Source of the DNA: a virus
Length of the DNA: 64,000 nucleotides
IMG/VR virus record: IMGVR_UViG_3300005190_000020
Direction: 5' to 3' (one strand)
Shown here: piece after piece, positions 53,261 through 62,382 of the stretch
Numbering within the stretch: the first letter of the stretch is position 1
How the letters are laid out: every line of letters begins with the position of its first letter
Program-made: the position numbers and the translations under genes
The notes under the pieces: model-generated
Databases searched by the model: none
Told to the model about the DNA's origin: nothing
What the model saw: only the letters and a program-made list of their open reading frames with translations

Positions 53261-54388
53261 TTACCGCCAGTCGATTTCTGTCATCGCTTTCTGGTTCGGG
53301 TGTTCGGACGGGTGCTGTTTCTCGTCGTCTTCACTCATTCCGCCGTAGTTTTGCTTGTAGTGTTCGTAGCTTCCTTTCGGCGGTTCGTCTCCACCACGAC
53401 TTGCTTTCTTCCCGTAGTCTCCTCTGATTTGGTTGTAGTTCCTGTCCTTGTTTTTCTTCCCTCTGCTGGACGACCTTTTCTTTGTCGTCACATTCTCTAA
53501 ACCCTCAACACTTGGAAGCTGTTTCTCAGGACTGTCTACAACTACTTCTGGCTGGATACGGGCTGTTACACCGTCTTCTACTTCAACGTTGGCTACTGCG
53601 TCTGCGAAGGTTTCCGCACCTCCGGCGTACAGGACCGCCATGTCGAAATGGCTGTTGATGTGGTCATCGTCTGTGCCACTGAACCCTGAGCTTTCTCCTG
53701 CCCATGGATGGCTGTGAATGTTGACGATGTAGCCCTCATCCCTGTACTTTTTCAGGTCTTCCTTGTATGTGATGTGCGCCCTACTTGCTTTCTGCTCTGG
53801 AATCACATAGTCTGGCTTTACTTTGAAGCCTTCGTCAGTCCATTCTCCTTTGAACAGGACTCCGAACTCGCACGCTGAACCGTAGTCCTCGTTTACTTCT
53901 TCCTGTATTGCTACACAAATCTTCCTTACTTCTTCGGAGAGGATTACCTTGTTTTTCTCGATGCCAAGCTGTTGGATGGCGTATTGTTCAAGGCTTCTTG
54001 CCCCGATTTCCTGTTCCAGTAGGTCTCGTAGGCTGGATGCTCCGAGTTCGTGTTCGGCAAGGTCTTGTGCTGAGTCAAGGATTTCCAGTCCTGAGTCCCA
54101 TACACCGCTCCTTGTCCCGTTCGTCGTGGTTGATGTGCTGGATGTTTCTGTCTTGGTTTTGTCCATGCTTCTGTCGTAGTCATCTCGTGCTTCTACTTCT
54201 CCTTGAAGCAAGGCGATTTTCTCTGGGTCGTCTGTGTTTACTGTGAACCATTCAAGTTGGTAGGCGTGGAAACGGTTTAACTGGCTGGCAAGGTCTTCCG
54301 TGCTTTGTTCTTCAAGCCAGTCTTCTACATCTCCTTCTACGCTGTCTGCTTCTTCGTACTCTGTCGGGTAATCTTTTTCTTCACTCAT
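53261..54388 (-). CDS. JAB/MPN (JAMM)-like metalloprotease domain protein
   Basis: NIHSHPWAGESSGFSGTDDDH resembles HxH-x(7-9)-S-xx-D JAMM motif; acidic N-terminal half; 375 aa. Confidence 0.4.
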   Translation of the reverse strand: MSEEKDYPTEYEEADSVEGDVEDWLEEQSTEDLASQLNRFHAYQLEWFTVNTDDPEKIALLQGEVEARDDYDRSMDKTKTETSSTSTTTNGTRSGVWDSGLEILDSAQDLAEHELGASSLRDLLEQEIGARSLEQYAIQQLGIEKNKVILSEEVRKICVAIQEEVNEDYGSACEFGVLFKGEWTDEGFKVKPDYVIPEQKASRAHITYKEDLKKYRDEGYIVNIHSHPWAGESSGFSGTDDDHINSHFDMAVLYAGGAETFADAVANVEVEDGVTARIQPEVVVDSPEKQLPSVEGLENVTTKKRSSSRGKKNKDRNYNQIRGDYGKKASRGGDEPPKGSYEHYKQNYGGMSEDDEKQHPSEHPNQKAMTEIDWR

Positions 54389-55083
54389 TCTTCATCACCT
54401 CCTTCATCTTCTTCTTCGTCCTCGTGTCCGTCTTCCGTATTCTCTGTCGAGTTGTCGCCTCCGCCTAACAGGTCTCGGATAACCTCTCTCATGTCATGTG
54501 TCGTATACTGTTCTTCTTCTGTCCGAAGCTCTGGACTACATACGATTGAGGTTACGATGCTGGAAAGGAATTGCGGTGGTGCGATAAAGCTCGGAACTGT
54601 CTCGTATTCCGTGTCTTCGTCACCCCAAATCTGGTCGTAGTCAGGGTTTGTGTGAAGTGTGAACTCGAATCCGTCGTAACCTGCTGTCAGAACTACTTGT
54701 TCATCAAGGTCGTCTCCGAGTGGGTCAGCACTGTCACGGCAGTCGATAATCGGATTGCTCTTTATTTCATCTCTGAAAGTACCTGCCAGTTGTTCAATTC
54801 TTTCTGTAATCGGTACTGCCTCTGCGTCAATACGCCTCTCCGAAATCAACTCTGTAAGTGCTGTTACTTTGTCGGTGTCGATTTGTTCTTCTTTGAACGG
54901 TGTCCTGTTGAGGTTGTGGGTTTCGATGTGGTCGTGGTCTACTAAGTAGATTTTCTGGACTCCTGCGAGTGCTAAGTCGAGTGCGACCCATGAACCTACA
55001 CCTCCTACTCCTATCACCGTTACTGTGTGTGGGGGTTCGAGGTCGAGTTCTTGTTGTCGTTGGTAGATGTCATCTTGTGTCAT
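54385..55083 (-). CDS. E1-like (ThiF/MoeB/UBA-family) adenylyltransferase
   Basis: VIGVGGVGSWVALDLALAGVQKIYLVDHDHIETHNLNR = Rossmann GxGxxG plus D.D.(V/I)E.SNLNR signature; 232 aa. Confidence 0.7.
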   Translation of the reverse strand: MTQDDIYQRQQELDLEPPHTVTVIGVGGVGSWVALDLALAGVQKIYLVDHDHIETHNLNRTPFKEEQIDTDKVTALTELISERRIDAEAVPITERIEQLAGTFRDEIKSNPIIDCRDSADPLGDDLDEQVVLTAGYDGFEFTLHTNPDYDQIWGDEDTEYETVPSFIAPPQFLSSIVTSIVCSPELRTEEEQYTTHDMREVIRDLLGGGDNSTENTEDGHEDEEEDEGGDEE

Positions 55084-55272
55084 TTGGTTGTATCACCTTG
55101 TATAGTAAAATTGTGGAGTAAGGCTTTTAAACCTTCTCCACACCTCTTATTGTTGCTAAGGGGAAAACATCGAGGTTGCCTTCCTCTGGACTGTCAAGTC
55201 CTCTGCCTTCTAAGAGTTCTTCTTGTTTGTCTTCCTTGAGGTCGTCGAAGTAAATCTCCATCATAGCACCTT

Positions 55273-56427
55273 TTAATCGGTTGTCCATACTTCTTCTGTG
55301 ACTTCTCGTTCTTCTTCTTCACCGTCTTCGTTTTCAACGGTTTCTGTTTTCACATATTCTTCCCAGTTGTTTTTCAGGTCTTGCTCACATTCTGTGTGGT
55401 TACGGCTGTGGAGGTCTCCGTGCTTCAACTGGTCGATTGCCTCTCGTAAACCTTCTTCACCCATTTCTGCTCTGAAACTTCCGGTACAAGTTCCGTAGCT
55501 CAGTGCGTGTGGGTGGTAAGCGTCTTCGTATTTGACCTTCTTAATCTTTTTTCTAATCGGGATTTTTACGCCGTCAATGTAGAACTTTTCCTGTGCTTCT
55601 TCTGTAAGTTCTCTTGGCTCATCGTGGTCTTTTAACTTGACGGTCTCCATCTGAACGGTTTTTGTGTATTTCAGGTAGTCTCCTTCAACTTTCCAGTCCT
55701 CAAGGTTTCCGACCATTTGGATTCCTTTTACCAGCATTTCTTTTCTCTCCGATTCAATCTTGTCTTCTAAACGCTGGTTACGGGCTTTAAGTGTGTCTAC
55801 TCTTGCGTCTACTTGGTTTTCGTAGACTTCTTTGGTGTCTTCTTCTACTTGTTGTTTTACATCGTCAAGTGTTTCTGCTCCTTCTACATCTTGGACTTGT
55901 AGCTTTTTAGCACCGTCGTTTGTGACTACCAGTGCTTCGTCAAGCATTTCGGGGTCGGTAAGTGTGCCACTTGGTTCTGCGTCTACTGTTACGCTGGATT
56001 GTGCGACGAAGTTTTCTTCATCGCTTAGTAGTTCGTCATCGTAGTTGTCAAGTGCTTCCTTCAACTTTTGTGCTATTACATCGCTGAATAGTTGTAGGTC
56101 TTCATCGCTGTCGATGTATTTGACGTAGGAAGTGTTGAAAGCGTCTTGAAGGAATTGTCTCCAACCTCCTGTGTTGAAGTCCTGTCCTGTCGGTCCGTGT
56201 TCTACTCCTGCGTCGAAGCCGAAGTAGTCGTAGAACTGGCTGTGGTTCTCGAAGAATGTGGAGAGGGCGTACTTCAACTTTTGCTCGTCTGAAGGGCTGT
56301 AACCCCATGTTCCACAATCTATGCCGAGTTGGTCTTCAAGGGCTTCTTCTATCTTCTCGTAGTCGTTGCTTTGGATTTGAACGTAGTTACGGTTATTTTC
56401 CCGTCTTATTTGAACTGCGAGTCTCAT
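55273..56427 (-). CDS. hypothetical acidic protein (384 aa)
   Basis: ORF. Confidence 0.45.
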   Translation of the reverse strand: MRLAVQIRRENNRNYVQIQSNDYEKIEEALEDQLGIDCGTWGYSPSDEQKLKYALSTFFENHSQFYDYFGFDAGVEHGPTGQDFNTGGWRQFLQDAFNTSYVKYIDSDEDLQLFSDVIAQKLKEALDNYDDELLSDEENFVAQSSVTVDAEPSGTLTDPEMLDEALVVTNDGAKKLQVQDVEGAETLDDVKQQVEEDTKEVYENQVDARVDTLKARNQRLEDKIESERKEMLVKGIQMVGNLEDWKVEGDYLKYTKTVQMETVKLKDHDEPRELTEEAQEKFYIDGVKIPIRKKIKKVKYEDAYHPHALSYGTCTGSFRAEMGEEGLREAIDQLKHGDLHSRNHTECEQDLKNNWEEYVKTETVENEDGEEEEREVTEEVWTTD

Positions 56428-56511
56428 GGTTGTATTTTTGTCACCTTTGTAGTATTTATTTGTTGTGTGCGGTTTAAAATAATAAAAAAGAGAGTGTTTT
56501 GAGAACGGTTT

Positions 56512-56739
56512 TTAAGCGTTCTCGTTGTATTCCCGTACAACTACATCGCCGTTGTATGGAAACTGGTCTTGGTCAAGTCCGTTGCCTTCGGAGTCTTCTA
56601 CCTTGAAGTTTTTAACTCCGTTGTCACGGGCAACTTCTTTTACTCTGTCGATTGTTACTTCGCCTTCAACCGATTCTGTTGTGTTTCCTACGGTAATTGA
56701 GTTTACGGGGTCTGCTGTTGCGTCGAATGTGTCTGACAT
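56512..56739 (-). CDS. hypothetical protein (75 aa)
   Basis: ORF; promoter motif 56771-56792. Confidence 0.35.
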   Translation of the reverse strand: MSDTFDATADPVNSITVGNTTESVEGEVTIDRVKEVARDNGVKNFKVEDSEGNGLDQDQFPYNGDVVVREYNENA

Positions 56740-56948
56740 AAAGTGTGGTCACCTCTTGTAATTTTGTTTTGGGTTTTAACTTTTATAAATGGGTTGATTC
56801 CTTCAATTCTTCAAGGTTTGCGTAACCTCTGCCCTGTGCCTCTTCTAAGGCGGTTACTATATCGTTGAAGGGTTGTGATTCTGCGTCCATCATCTGAGTG
56901 ATGTGTTCTGCTAGTTCGTTGTCGTCCATCATAAGTGTTTCTTCCATT

Positions 56949-57266
56949 CTAGTTCAACCTCCCTTCAATCCAGTCTGTTGTCGCCTCGATTACTTCTTCT
57001 TCTCCGCTGTCTATTGCGTCTTGTTCAAGCGGTGTAAGGTCGCCTGAGTTAAGGCTGTGGTGTGAAAGAATTTCACCGTAAGCCTCTTGAAGTTTGGACT
57101 GGATTATTTCTTTGATTTTGTCTTCGTCTACCTTGATTTTTTCTGCTTCAAAGACCGTGAATGTTTCGTTGTTTAAATACTCTACAAGTTCGTCACCTGT
57201 AAGAGTGTATTTATTGGGTTCTTTACTGTTTGTGTCACGGCCTATCAAACATTTGAATAATCTCAT
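56949..57266 (-). CDS. hypothetical protein (105 aa)
   Basis: ORF. Confidence 0.35.
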   Translation of the reverse strand: MRLFKCLIGRDTNSKEPNKYTLTGDELVEYLNNETFTVFEAEKIKVDEDKIKEIIQSKLQEAYGEILSHHSLNSGDLTPLEQDAIDSGEEEVIEATTDWIEGRLN

Positions 57267-57307
57267 AATAGTGTTACCTCGTATAGTATAATGAGGGAGT
57301 AAGGCTT

Positions 57308-57556
57308 TTAAACCTCATCCCCGAGTCTGTTTTGTTCAGTGTTTGGTGTTCCTCTGTCGTATTTGTCGGTTAGTTTGTCTGCTATTCTAAGGTTGAGTTC
57401 TCTGTGGTCTGGAAGCCTTGTTACTTCGTTCCTTGTTTCTGTTTCTACTACATCTCCTTCAAGGTTGCGTGTCTTTGAAGTCTTTACTGCTGTGAAGACA
57501 AGTTCTCCTGTGTCTTCGTCTTTCGCCATCTCCACATCGTCGTAGTCTTCCATCAT
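57308..57556 (-). CDS. hypothetical protein (82 aa)
   Basis: ORF. Confidence 0.35.
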   Translation of the reverse strand: MMEDYDDVEMAKDEDTGELVFTAVKTSKTRNLEGDVVETETRNEVTRLPDHRELNLRIADKLTDKYDRGTPNTEQNRLGDEV

Positions 57557-57810
57557 TCTTCTAGCCCCACTGCTGTGTTGTAGTCTTGGAAAAACTCGTA
57601 TAGTTCTTCTGAAAGTTCTTCCATGTCGTCTGCCTGTGCTACTTGTTGAAGTTTGTTCGGTGTGTAAAGCAGTGCTACAACACTTACTATGTTGTCCTGT
57701 GAATCGGTTTCAGGGAATACTTCTACTGCGTTCCCTGTCACCGTGTTCTTGAATTGTCCGTCTTCTTTCACCCATTTAGGTGTGCTGTTAAGCAGTTCTT
57801 CTTCGTTCAT
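57553..57810 (-). CDS. hypothetical acidic protein (85 aa)
   Basis: ORF. Confidence 0.35.
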   Translation of the reverse strand: MNEEELLNSTPKWVKEDGQFKNTVTGNAVEVFPETDSQDNIVSVVALLYTPNKLQQVAQADDMEELSEELYEFFQDYNTAVGLEE

Positions 57811-57811
57811 T

Positions 57812-58591
57812 TTATTCCTCCTCGATTCTCGGTGCTAGGACAAAAGTCAGGTTTTCACGGTCTGCCTCGTGTGTCATCTCCATCGGGAAGTCTTCCCCCA
57901 TCTTAATCGTTACTTTGTCGCACGGTTCAAGGCTTCTAAACATTTTCTCCGCCTTTGTCAAGTAGTCAAGTGCGAACATACTCTGTGCTGATTCTACTTC
58001 TTCATCCAAGTTCTCAACATTTTCAAGGTCGAAACTGGATTCGATACTGATTTGGTCGCCTCCACCTTCAAATTCGAATGTGCCGTCATCGTTGAAGGTT
58101 ACAGTTGTGCTGTCACTTGCTACTGCCAGTTTCTTAACCATCGTCTTGAATTGGTCGGTTGTCAGGTCTCCCTCTACCTTGAAGTCGTCAAGAGAGTCCA
58201 TACTTGGAATGTCGTCTGTTGAAAGGTTCAGAATCGGTAACTCGAATCTGTCGCTTCCTTCTTCAAGCACAAACTGGTTTCCGTCTACTGTGAATGTGAT
58301 TTCTTCGTCAAACAGGTTTACGATTGCTGAAAGGTTTTCAAGGTCTACACCTATTAGGATTCCTTCTGTTCCTTCTTCTGTCAAGTGTTCGTAGTCTTCG
58401 TTGTCAGGGTTTACTTCGTATTCTTCGAAACTGCTTTCAGGGACTTCTAGGTTTATCATACTCACCATTGCTGGGTCTGCCGTTGTCACCTTCAAGCCGT
58501 CTTCCGTGAAGCGTAGGATTGCTTCACCTATAAGGTTTGACATTTTGTCAAACAGTTCGTCCGTTTGGTCTGCGTTTAGTGTTGTTTCCAT
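57812..58591 (-). CDS. pcn: PCNA-type DNA sliding clamp
   Basis: 259 aa, two-domain repeat layout and archaeal-PCNA-like sequence pattern; acidic. Confidence 0.8.
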   Translation of the reverse strand: METTLNADQTDELFDKMSNLIGEAILRFTEDGLKVTTADPAMVSMINLEVPESSFEEYEVNPDNEDYEHLTEEGTEGILIGVDLENLSAIVNLFDEEITFTVDGNQFVLEEGSDRFELPILNLSTDDIPSMDSLDDFKVEGDLTTDQFKTMVKKLAVASDSTTVTFNDDGTFEFEGGGDQISIESSFDLENVENLDEEVESAQSMFALDYLTKAEKMFRSLEPCDKVTIKMGEDFPMEMTHEADRENLTFVLAPRIEEE

Positions 58592-58737
58592 TTGTTTATC
58601 AAGCCTCTGTATTATAGTATTATACCTTAACCTTTAAAAGGCTGTTTCTATGTCTACGCCTTCGATTTCTCTGATTTTTTCAAGTGCTTCTGTTGGTTCT
58701 ATCTGTTCTTCATCTATTTCAAGGTAAGTCTTAAACT

Positions 58738-58790
58738 CCATAAAGCACGGACGGGAATCGAACACCGTCCTCCAACCAGTCGTGCTTCCA
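58738..58790 (-). other. tRNA-like minihelix (7-bp acceptor-like stem AAGCACG/CGTGCTT enclosing a T-arm-like GACGG-TGTTCGATT-CCGTC), lacks D and anticodon arms
   Basis: Hand-folded on minus strand in the PCNA-NTPase intergenic region. Confidence 0.25.
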
Positions 58791-58821
58791 TATTCTCTAT
58801 ACTGTGTCGGATTGTCGAATC

Positions 58822-60057
58822 CTATGCCTGTCCAAGTGCCTCTTGGACTTTCTCGGACTTGTCAAGTAGTTCATCTCTAGCCCTTGTGTAAGTTCTTCCG
58901 CCTTTACCTGTTCTCTCCTTGAATGAGTCTTTTCTATCTCCTACGGTTGTGTGGTCTTCCTCAAGGATTACAGCTCTTGCGTGGTAAAGGTTGTCATCTG
59001 TTTCGATGAGTTCGTTGGTAAGTTCGTGCCAAGTTTCATCTCCTATCTCTGCGTCAATATCTTCTGCGTAGTCGTAAAGTTTGAACGCTCTCATCAAGGT
59101 TCTAAGGTTTACATCTTTTGTAGCCGATGTAGTGACTTCTCTTATCCAGTCGGCTATCTCAAGCCTTGTATCTCTATCTATGTCGTGTTCTTGAACACCT
59201 TTTTTAGCTACTGCTCCGATTAGCTTCAGCCTTTGCTCGTATGTAAACTGTAGCTCGTAGTAAAAGCACCTGTCCTGTAAACTGTGGACTATGGGGTCAT
59301 CAGGGACTTCGTTGAAGCACATAATGATTCTGCCTGTAAACTCAAACTTGGGGTCTATATCCTGTCCGTGTTCGTTCTGTAGTTTGCTGGTGCTACTGTT
59401 CCATTCTACATATCTCTTGTCTGTTTCACTCCAAGTCGCCTGTTTGAGTATAGCCAGTGCTTTCTTGTTGTTTATCAAGCCTTCGATGTCGTCAAGGAAT
59501 AACACTTCTTTGTCAGGGTCTTGTTCTACTTCCCACAACTTTTTGTAAAACTGGAATGGTGGGCAGTAACCACTCTGTGTTTTGTAGCCGTCAGCACCTA
59601 GTTCGTTGGTTAAAGTCTTCTGAATCTGGTAACTTTTTCCTATACCGTGCTTTGCGTTAATCATTAATGCGTCGTGGTGTCCTTTGGCAATAGCTCTTAC
59701 ATAGTGGTTGAAAAACTTGTAGAAGCTCTGGACTTCTTCTTCTTCATCTGTGCTTCCGTCACCGAAAAATCTTTCAAGTTCTTGTTCTTTCTGTTCTTCT
59801 ATCTCCTCTATGTATTTTTCGTGTATCTCTCTTTCCTTCGCTTTAATTTCATCTTCTGTCAAGTCTTCTGCTTTTTCTTCTAGCTTTGCTTCACTATCCA
59901 TCAAACCCTCTACTTTCTCCTTAATAATATCCCAGTTCTCTGCTTCCGTCAGTTCTTTATCAAGCACACTCTCAAAGTCTATCCGTGAAGGGTCTACATT
60001 TCTCGCCTTAGCATACTGCTCTGCGTTCGTTTTCATCAGCTCTTTGTTTGTTTCCAT
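58822..60057 (-). CDS. P-loop NTPase (AAA/SF3-helicase-like), acidic N-terminal domain
   Basis: Walker A AKHGIGKSY, Walker B VLFLDDIEG; 411 aa. Confidence 0.45.
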   Translation of the reverse strand: METNKELMKTNAEQYAKARNVDPSRIDFESVLDKELTEAENWDIIKEKVEGLMDSEAKLEEKAEDLTEDEIKAKEREIHEKYIEEIEEQKEQELERFFGDGSTDEEEEVQSFYKFFNHYVRAIAKGHHDALMINAKHGIGKSYQIQKTLTNELGADGYKTQSGYCPPFQFYKKLWEVEQDPDKEVLFLDDIEGLINNKKALAILKQATWSETDKRYVEWNSSTSKLQNEHGQDIDPKFEFTGRIIMCFNEVPDDPIVHSLQDRCFYYELQFTYEQRLKLIGAVAKKGVQEHDIDRDTRLEIADWIREVTTSATKDVNLRTLMRAFKLYDYAEDIDAEIGDETWHELTNELIETDDNLYHARAVILEEDHTTVGDRKDSFKERTGKGGRTYTRARDELLDKSEKVQEALGQA

Positions 60058-60082
60058 AATATTGTATTACCTCATAACCTTT

Positions 60083-60682
60083 TTAAATCTCAAGCATTTC
60101 GTGTAGCTCGAAACTTTTTTGTCGTAGTTCTTCGATTTTGTCTGAGTCGGCTCTGTCCTCCTCAAATATGTCTTTGTAGGTTTGTCTGCGTCTTCTATCT
60201 CTCCTAGCCATTTGCTGTCTGTCGCCTTTCTTTAAGTGAAGTTCTTTTTTAATCATCTCGAATATGAAGTCTGCTTCCTGCTTTGAATACTGGTCGCCTA
60301 AGTAGTCTTCCACAAACTGCTCAATATTTGATACTTCTTCGATTACTGCTTCCGTAAACACTGCGGAGAAGTTCACTCCGTATTGTTCTCCTGCCTGTAA
60401 CACATTTTCTGGAATTGCTACTTGTTTCTGTCTTTTACGGTCTTCCTTATCTACATTTACACCTGCTTTCTCTGGTTTCTTTACTATCCAAGTTTGTGTT
60501 TCAGGGACTTGTTCTATCCTGCCGAAGTCGTGTAGTTCGTTCCAGTATTTTTCTACTACTGTATATCCTGCTACTTTTTTGATTATCTTTTTTATTTCAT
60601 CTGCTGTTATCTCTCCGTCATCGCTTTCTTCCCAACACTCTTTGTGTATCTCGTTTAGGTATTGGATAAATTCTTTTGTCAT
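60083..60682 (-). CDS. hypothetical protein (199 aa)
   Basis: ORF. Confidence 0.4.
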   Translation of the reverse strand: MTKEFIQYLNEIHKECWEESDDGEITADEIKKIIKKVAGYTVVEKYWNELHDFGRIEQVPETQTWIVKKPEKAGVNVDKEDRKRQKQVAIPENVLQAGEQYGVNFSAVFTEAVIEEVSNIEQFVEDYLGDQYSKQEADFIFEMIKKELHLKKGDRQQMARRDRRRRQTYKDIFEEDRADSDKIEELRQKSFELHEMLEI

Positions 60683-60722
60683 CTTTTTCGGCTCTTGTTA
60701 TTTTTTGTCTGATTTACCAATA

Positions 60723-60790
60723 TTTAACACACACACAGTGTTTTCCACAACTTTTTAAAGGTTAATACCGCCAAGTTTATAAAAGGTAAC
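60723..60790. repeat. copy B of the (CA)5 / double-TATA repeated element
   Basis: TTAACACACACACAGTGTTTTCCACAACTTTTTAAAGGTTAATACCGCCAAGTTTATAAAAGGTAAC; upstream of minus gene starting at 60682. Confidence 0.55.
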
Positions 60791-60795
60791 AAGGT

Positions 60796-61197
60796 TCAGT
60801 GGATTCGTGAAAACCCACTAATGTTGTAGTTCTCACGGAAATACCCTGTTACATCTCTTGCCATCGCACCTTCGTAACCGCTTTCTACATCTACTTGTTC
60901 AAGTTTTATTTCTTCGTTCTCGGTGTGTTCTACTTCGTAAAGGACTCCATCTCCGCTGTCGGTTGTGTCGTTGGCTTCTATAATCAATACTTTGTCGCCT
61001 TTTTCTGTTTCTATCTCTTTCAGTAAATCTCCTACTTCTGATTTTATATCTGCTTCGTAGCCTCCCATTCCTATTGAGTCATCACTAAGTTTCTTGACAT
61101 TTTCTGCGTCCTCTACTTTCTCGTTGATTGCTTTGTTCAGGTTTTGGTTGTGTTCGTCTGCCTTTGCGTTGATTGTAGCCGTTTTCCAACCACTCAT
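60796..61197 (-). CDS. hypothetical acidic protein (133 aa)
   Basis: ORF. Confidence 0.4.
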   Translation of the reverse strand: MSGWKTATINAKADEHNQNLNKAINEKVEDAENVKKLSDDSIGMGGYEADIKSEVGDLLKEIETEKGDKVLIIEANDTTDSGDGVLYEVEHTENEEIKLEQVDVESGYEGAMARDVTGYFRENYNISGFSRIH

Positions 61198-61618
61198 AGT
61201 TCTCGCCTCATAGTATTTGTTTTGTTCCTTAACCTTTTAAGTCTCGCCTGTTCTTTCTTCCATTTTTTGTGTCTGTAATATGTTGATATTGACGCTACTG
61301 CTATTGCTGTTAATGTTATAGCTATACCTATCATTTTAACACTTCTTCTTTTATTAGGCTTCTCTGTTTTTCTCTACAACTTTTTACTATATCTTTGTAA
61401 CCGCTTCTCCGTGCGTCTCTCTCGGTTACAAGTTCTACTCTGTATAGTAAATGTCTCCACGCCTTACTCATTTTTAAACTCCTTTTTGTATCCTCTTTTC
61501 ATACCTTTCAAAAAGAGTTTAACGGTTTTTACTGGGTGGTAAAACCAATATCTGTATAGTTCTTTCCATCTAATCATCACTATTTCATCTTCTTTCTCAA
61601 GTGTTGTGACTTTTGTAG

Positions 61619-62359
61619 TCATTCTTTTAGCCTCTCAGGTATGCTATATGTAGGTTTTTTATTCACTCCTTCATCTTTTCTTCTTAATCTTCTCTGTTTG
61701 TTGTGGCAGTTATTAGAACAGTATTTTTTTGTGTTACTTCCTGTGTCTTCACCGCACATAATACAATTTGTTGTCTTTAAACTTTTTAAAAGCTCTTTGT
61801 TTTTTCTATTTATTTCAAACCCTACTTTCTCTGCGTATTTCTCTCTTGCTTTCCTTCTACCTATTTTCAGTCCGTAAACTTTGTTCTCTGATAGTCCTTT
61901 CTCTGTTGTAAAACTGTGTATGTTTTCTTCTTCAATTCCTATTTCTTGAAGTTTTTTCTGTGCTGTATTCACTACATCAGGGTTTGTCATTCTAAGCCTT
62001 ATGTCGTATGCTGTTTTTCTGTTTGTTTTTTTCTGTATGTTTCCGTCACCATCAAATAGTGCTTGTAGATATGGCTCTGGTTGTGCTTTGGTTCTGTCTG
62101 AAAACATTATTTCTTCGTAAAGCTCTTTGTTTGCCTTGTTTACTTGATAAAAGTCATCGTAGTCATATAAATTTACTTCTTCGCCTGTTTCTTCTTCTAA
62201 TATTTTTCTGAATTTTTCTGCGTATTCTCTGTCTTTTACTCCGAGCTGTATTGAATAAGCACCATCTCTTGTTTTTGATAAACAACCGTCTGAGTCTACT
62301 ACTCCTTTAAGGTATGATAGGTTCTCTCTCATATTTTTGTTTTCGTTTTTCACATTCAT
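61619..62359 (-). CDS. LAGLIDADG homing endonuclease (two-motif) with C-terminal Cys cluster
   Basis: LKGVVDSDGCL and LQALFDGDGNI motifs; C-terminal CIMCGE...CSNNCH; AT-rich. Confidence 0.65.
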   Translation of the reverse strand: MNVKNENKNMRENLSYLKGVVDSDGCLSKTRDGAYSIQLGVKDREYAEKFRKILEEETGEEVNLYDYDDFYQVNKANKELYEEIMFSDRTKAQPEPYLQALFDGDGNIQKKTNRKTAYDIRLRMTNPDVVNTAQKKLQEIGIEEENIHSFTTEKGLSENKVYGLKIGRRKAREKYAEKVGFEINRKNKELLKSLKTTNCIMCGEDTGSNTKKYCSNNCHNKQRRLRRKDEGVNKKPTYSIPERLKE

Positions 62360-62382
62360 AACCTTTTTAGTGAGTGGTTCTC

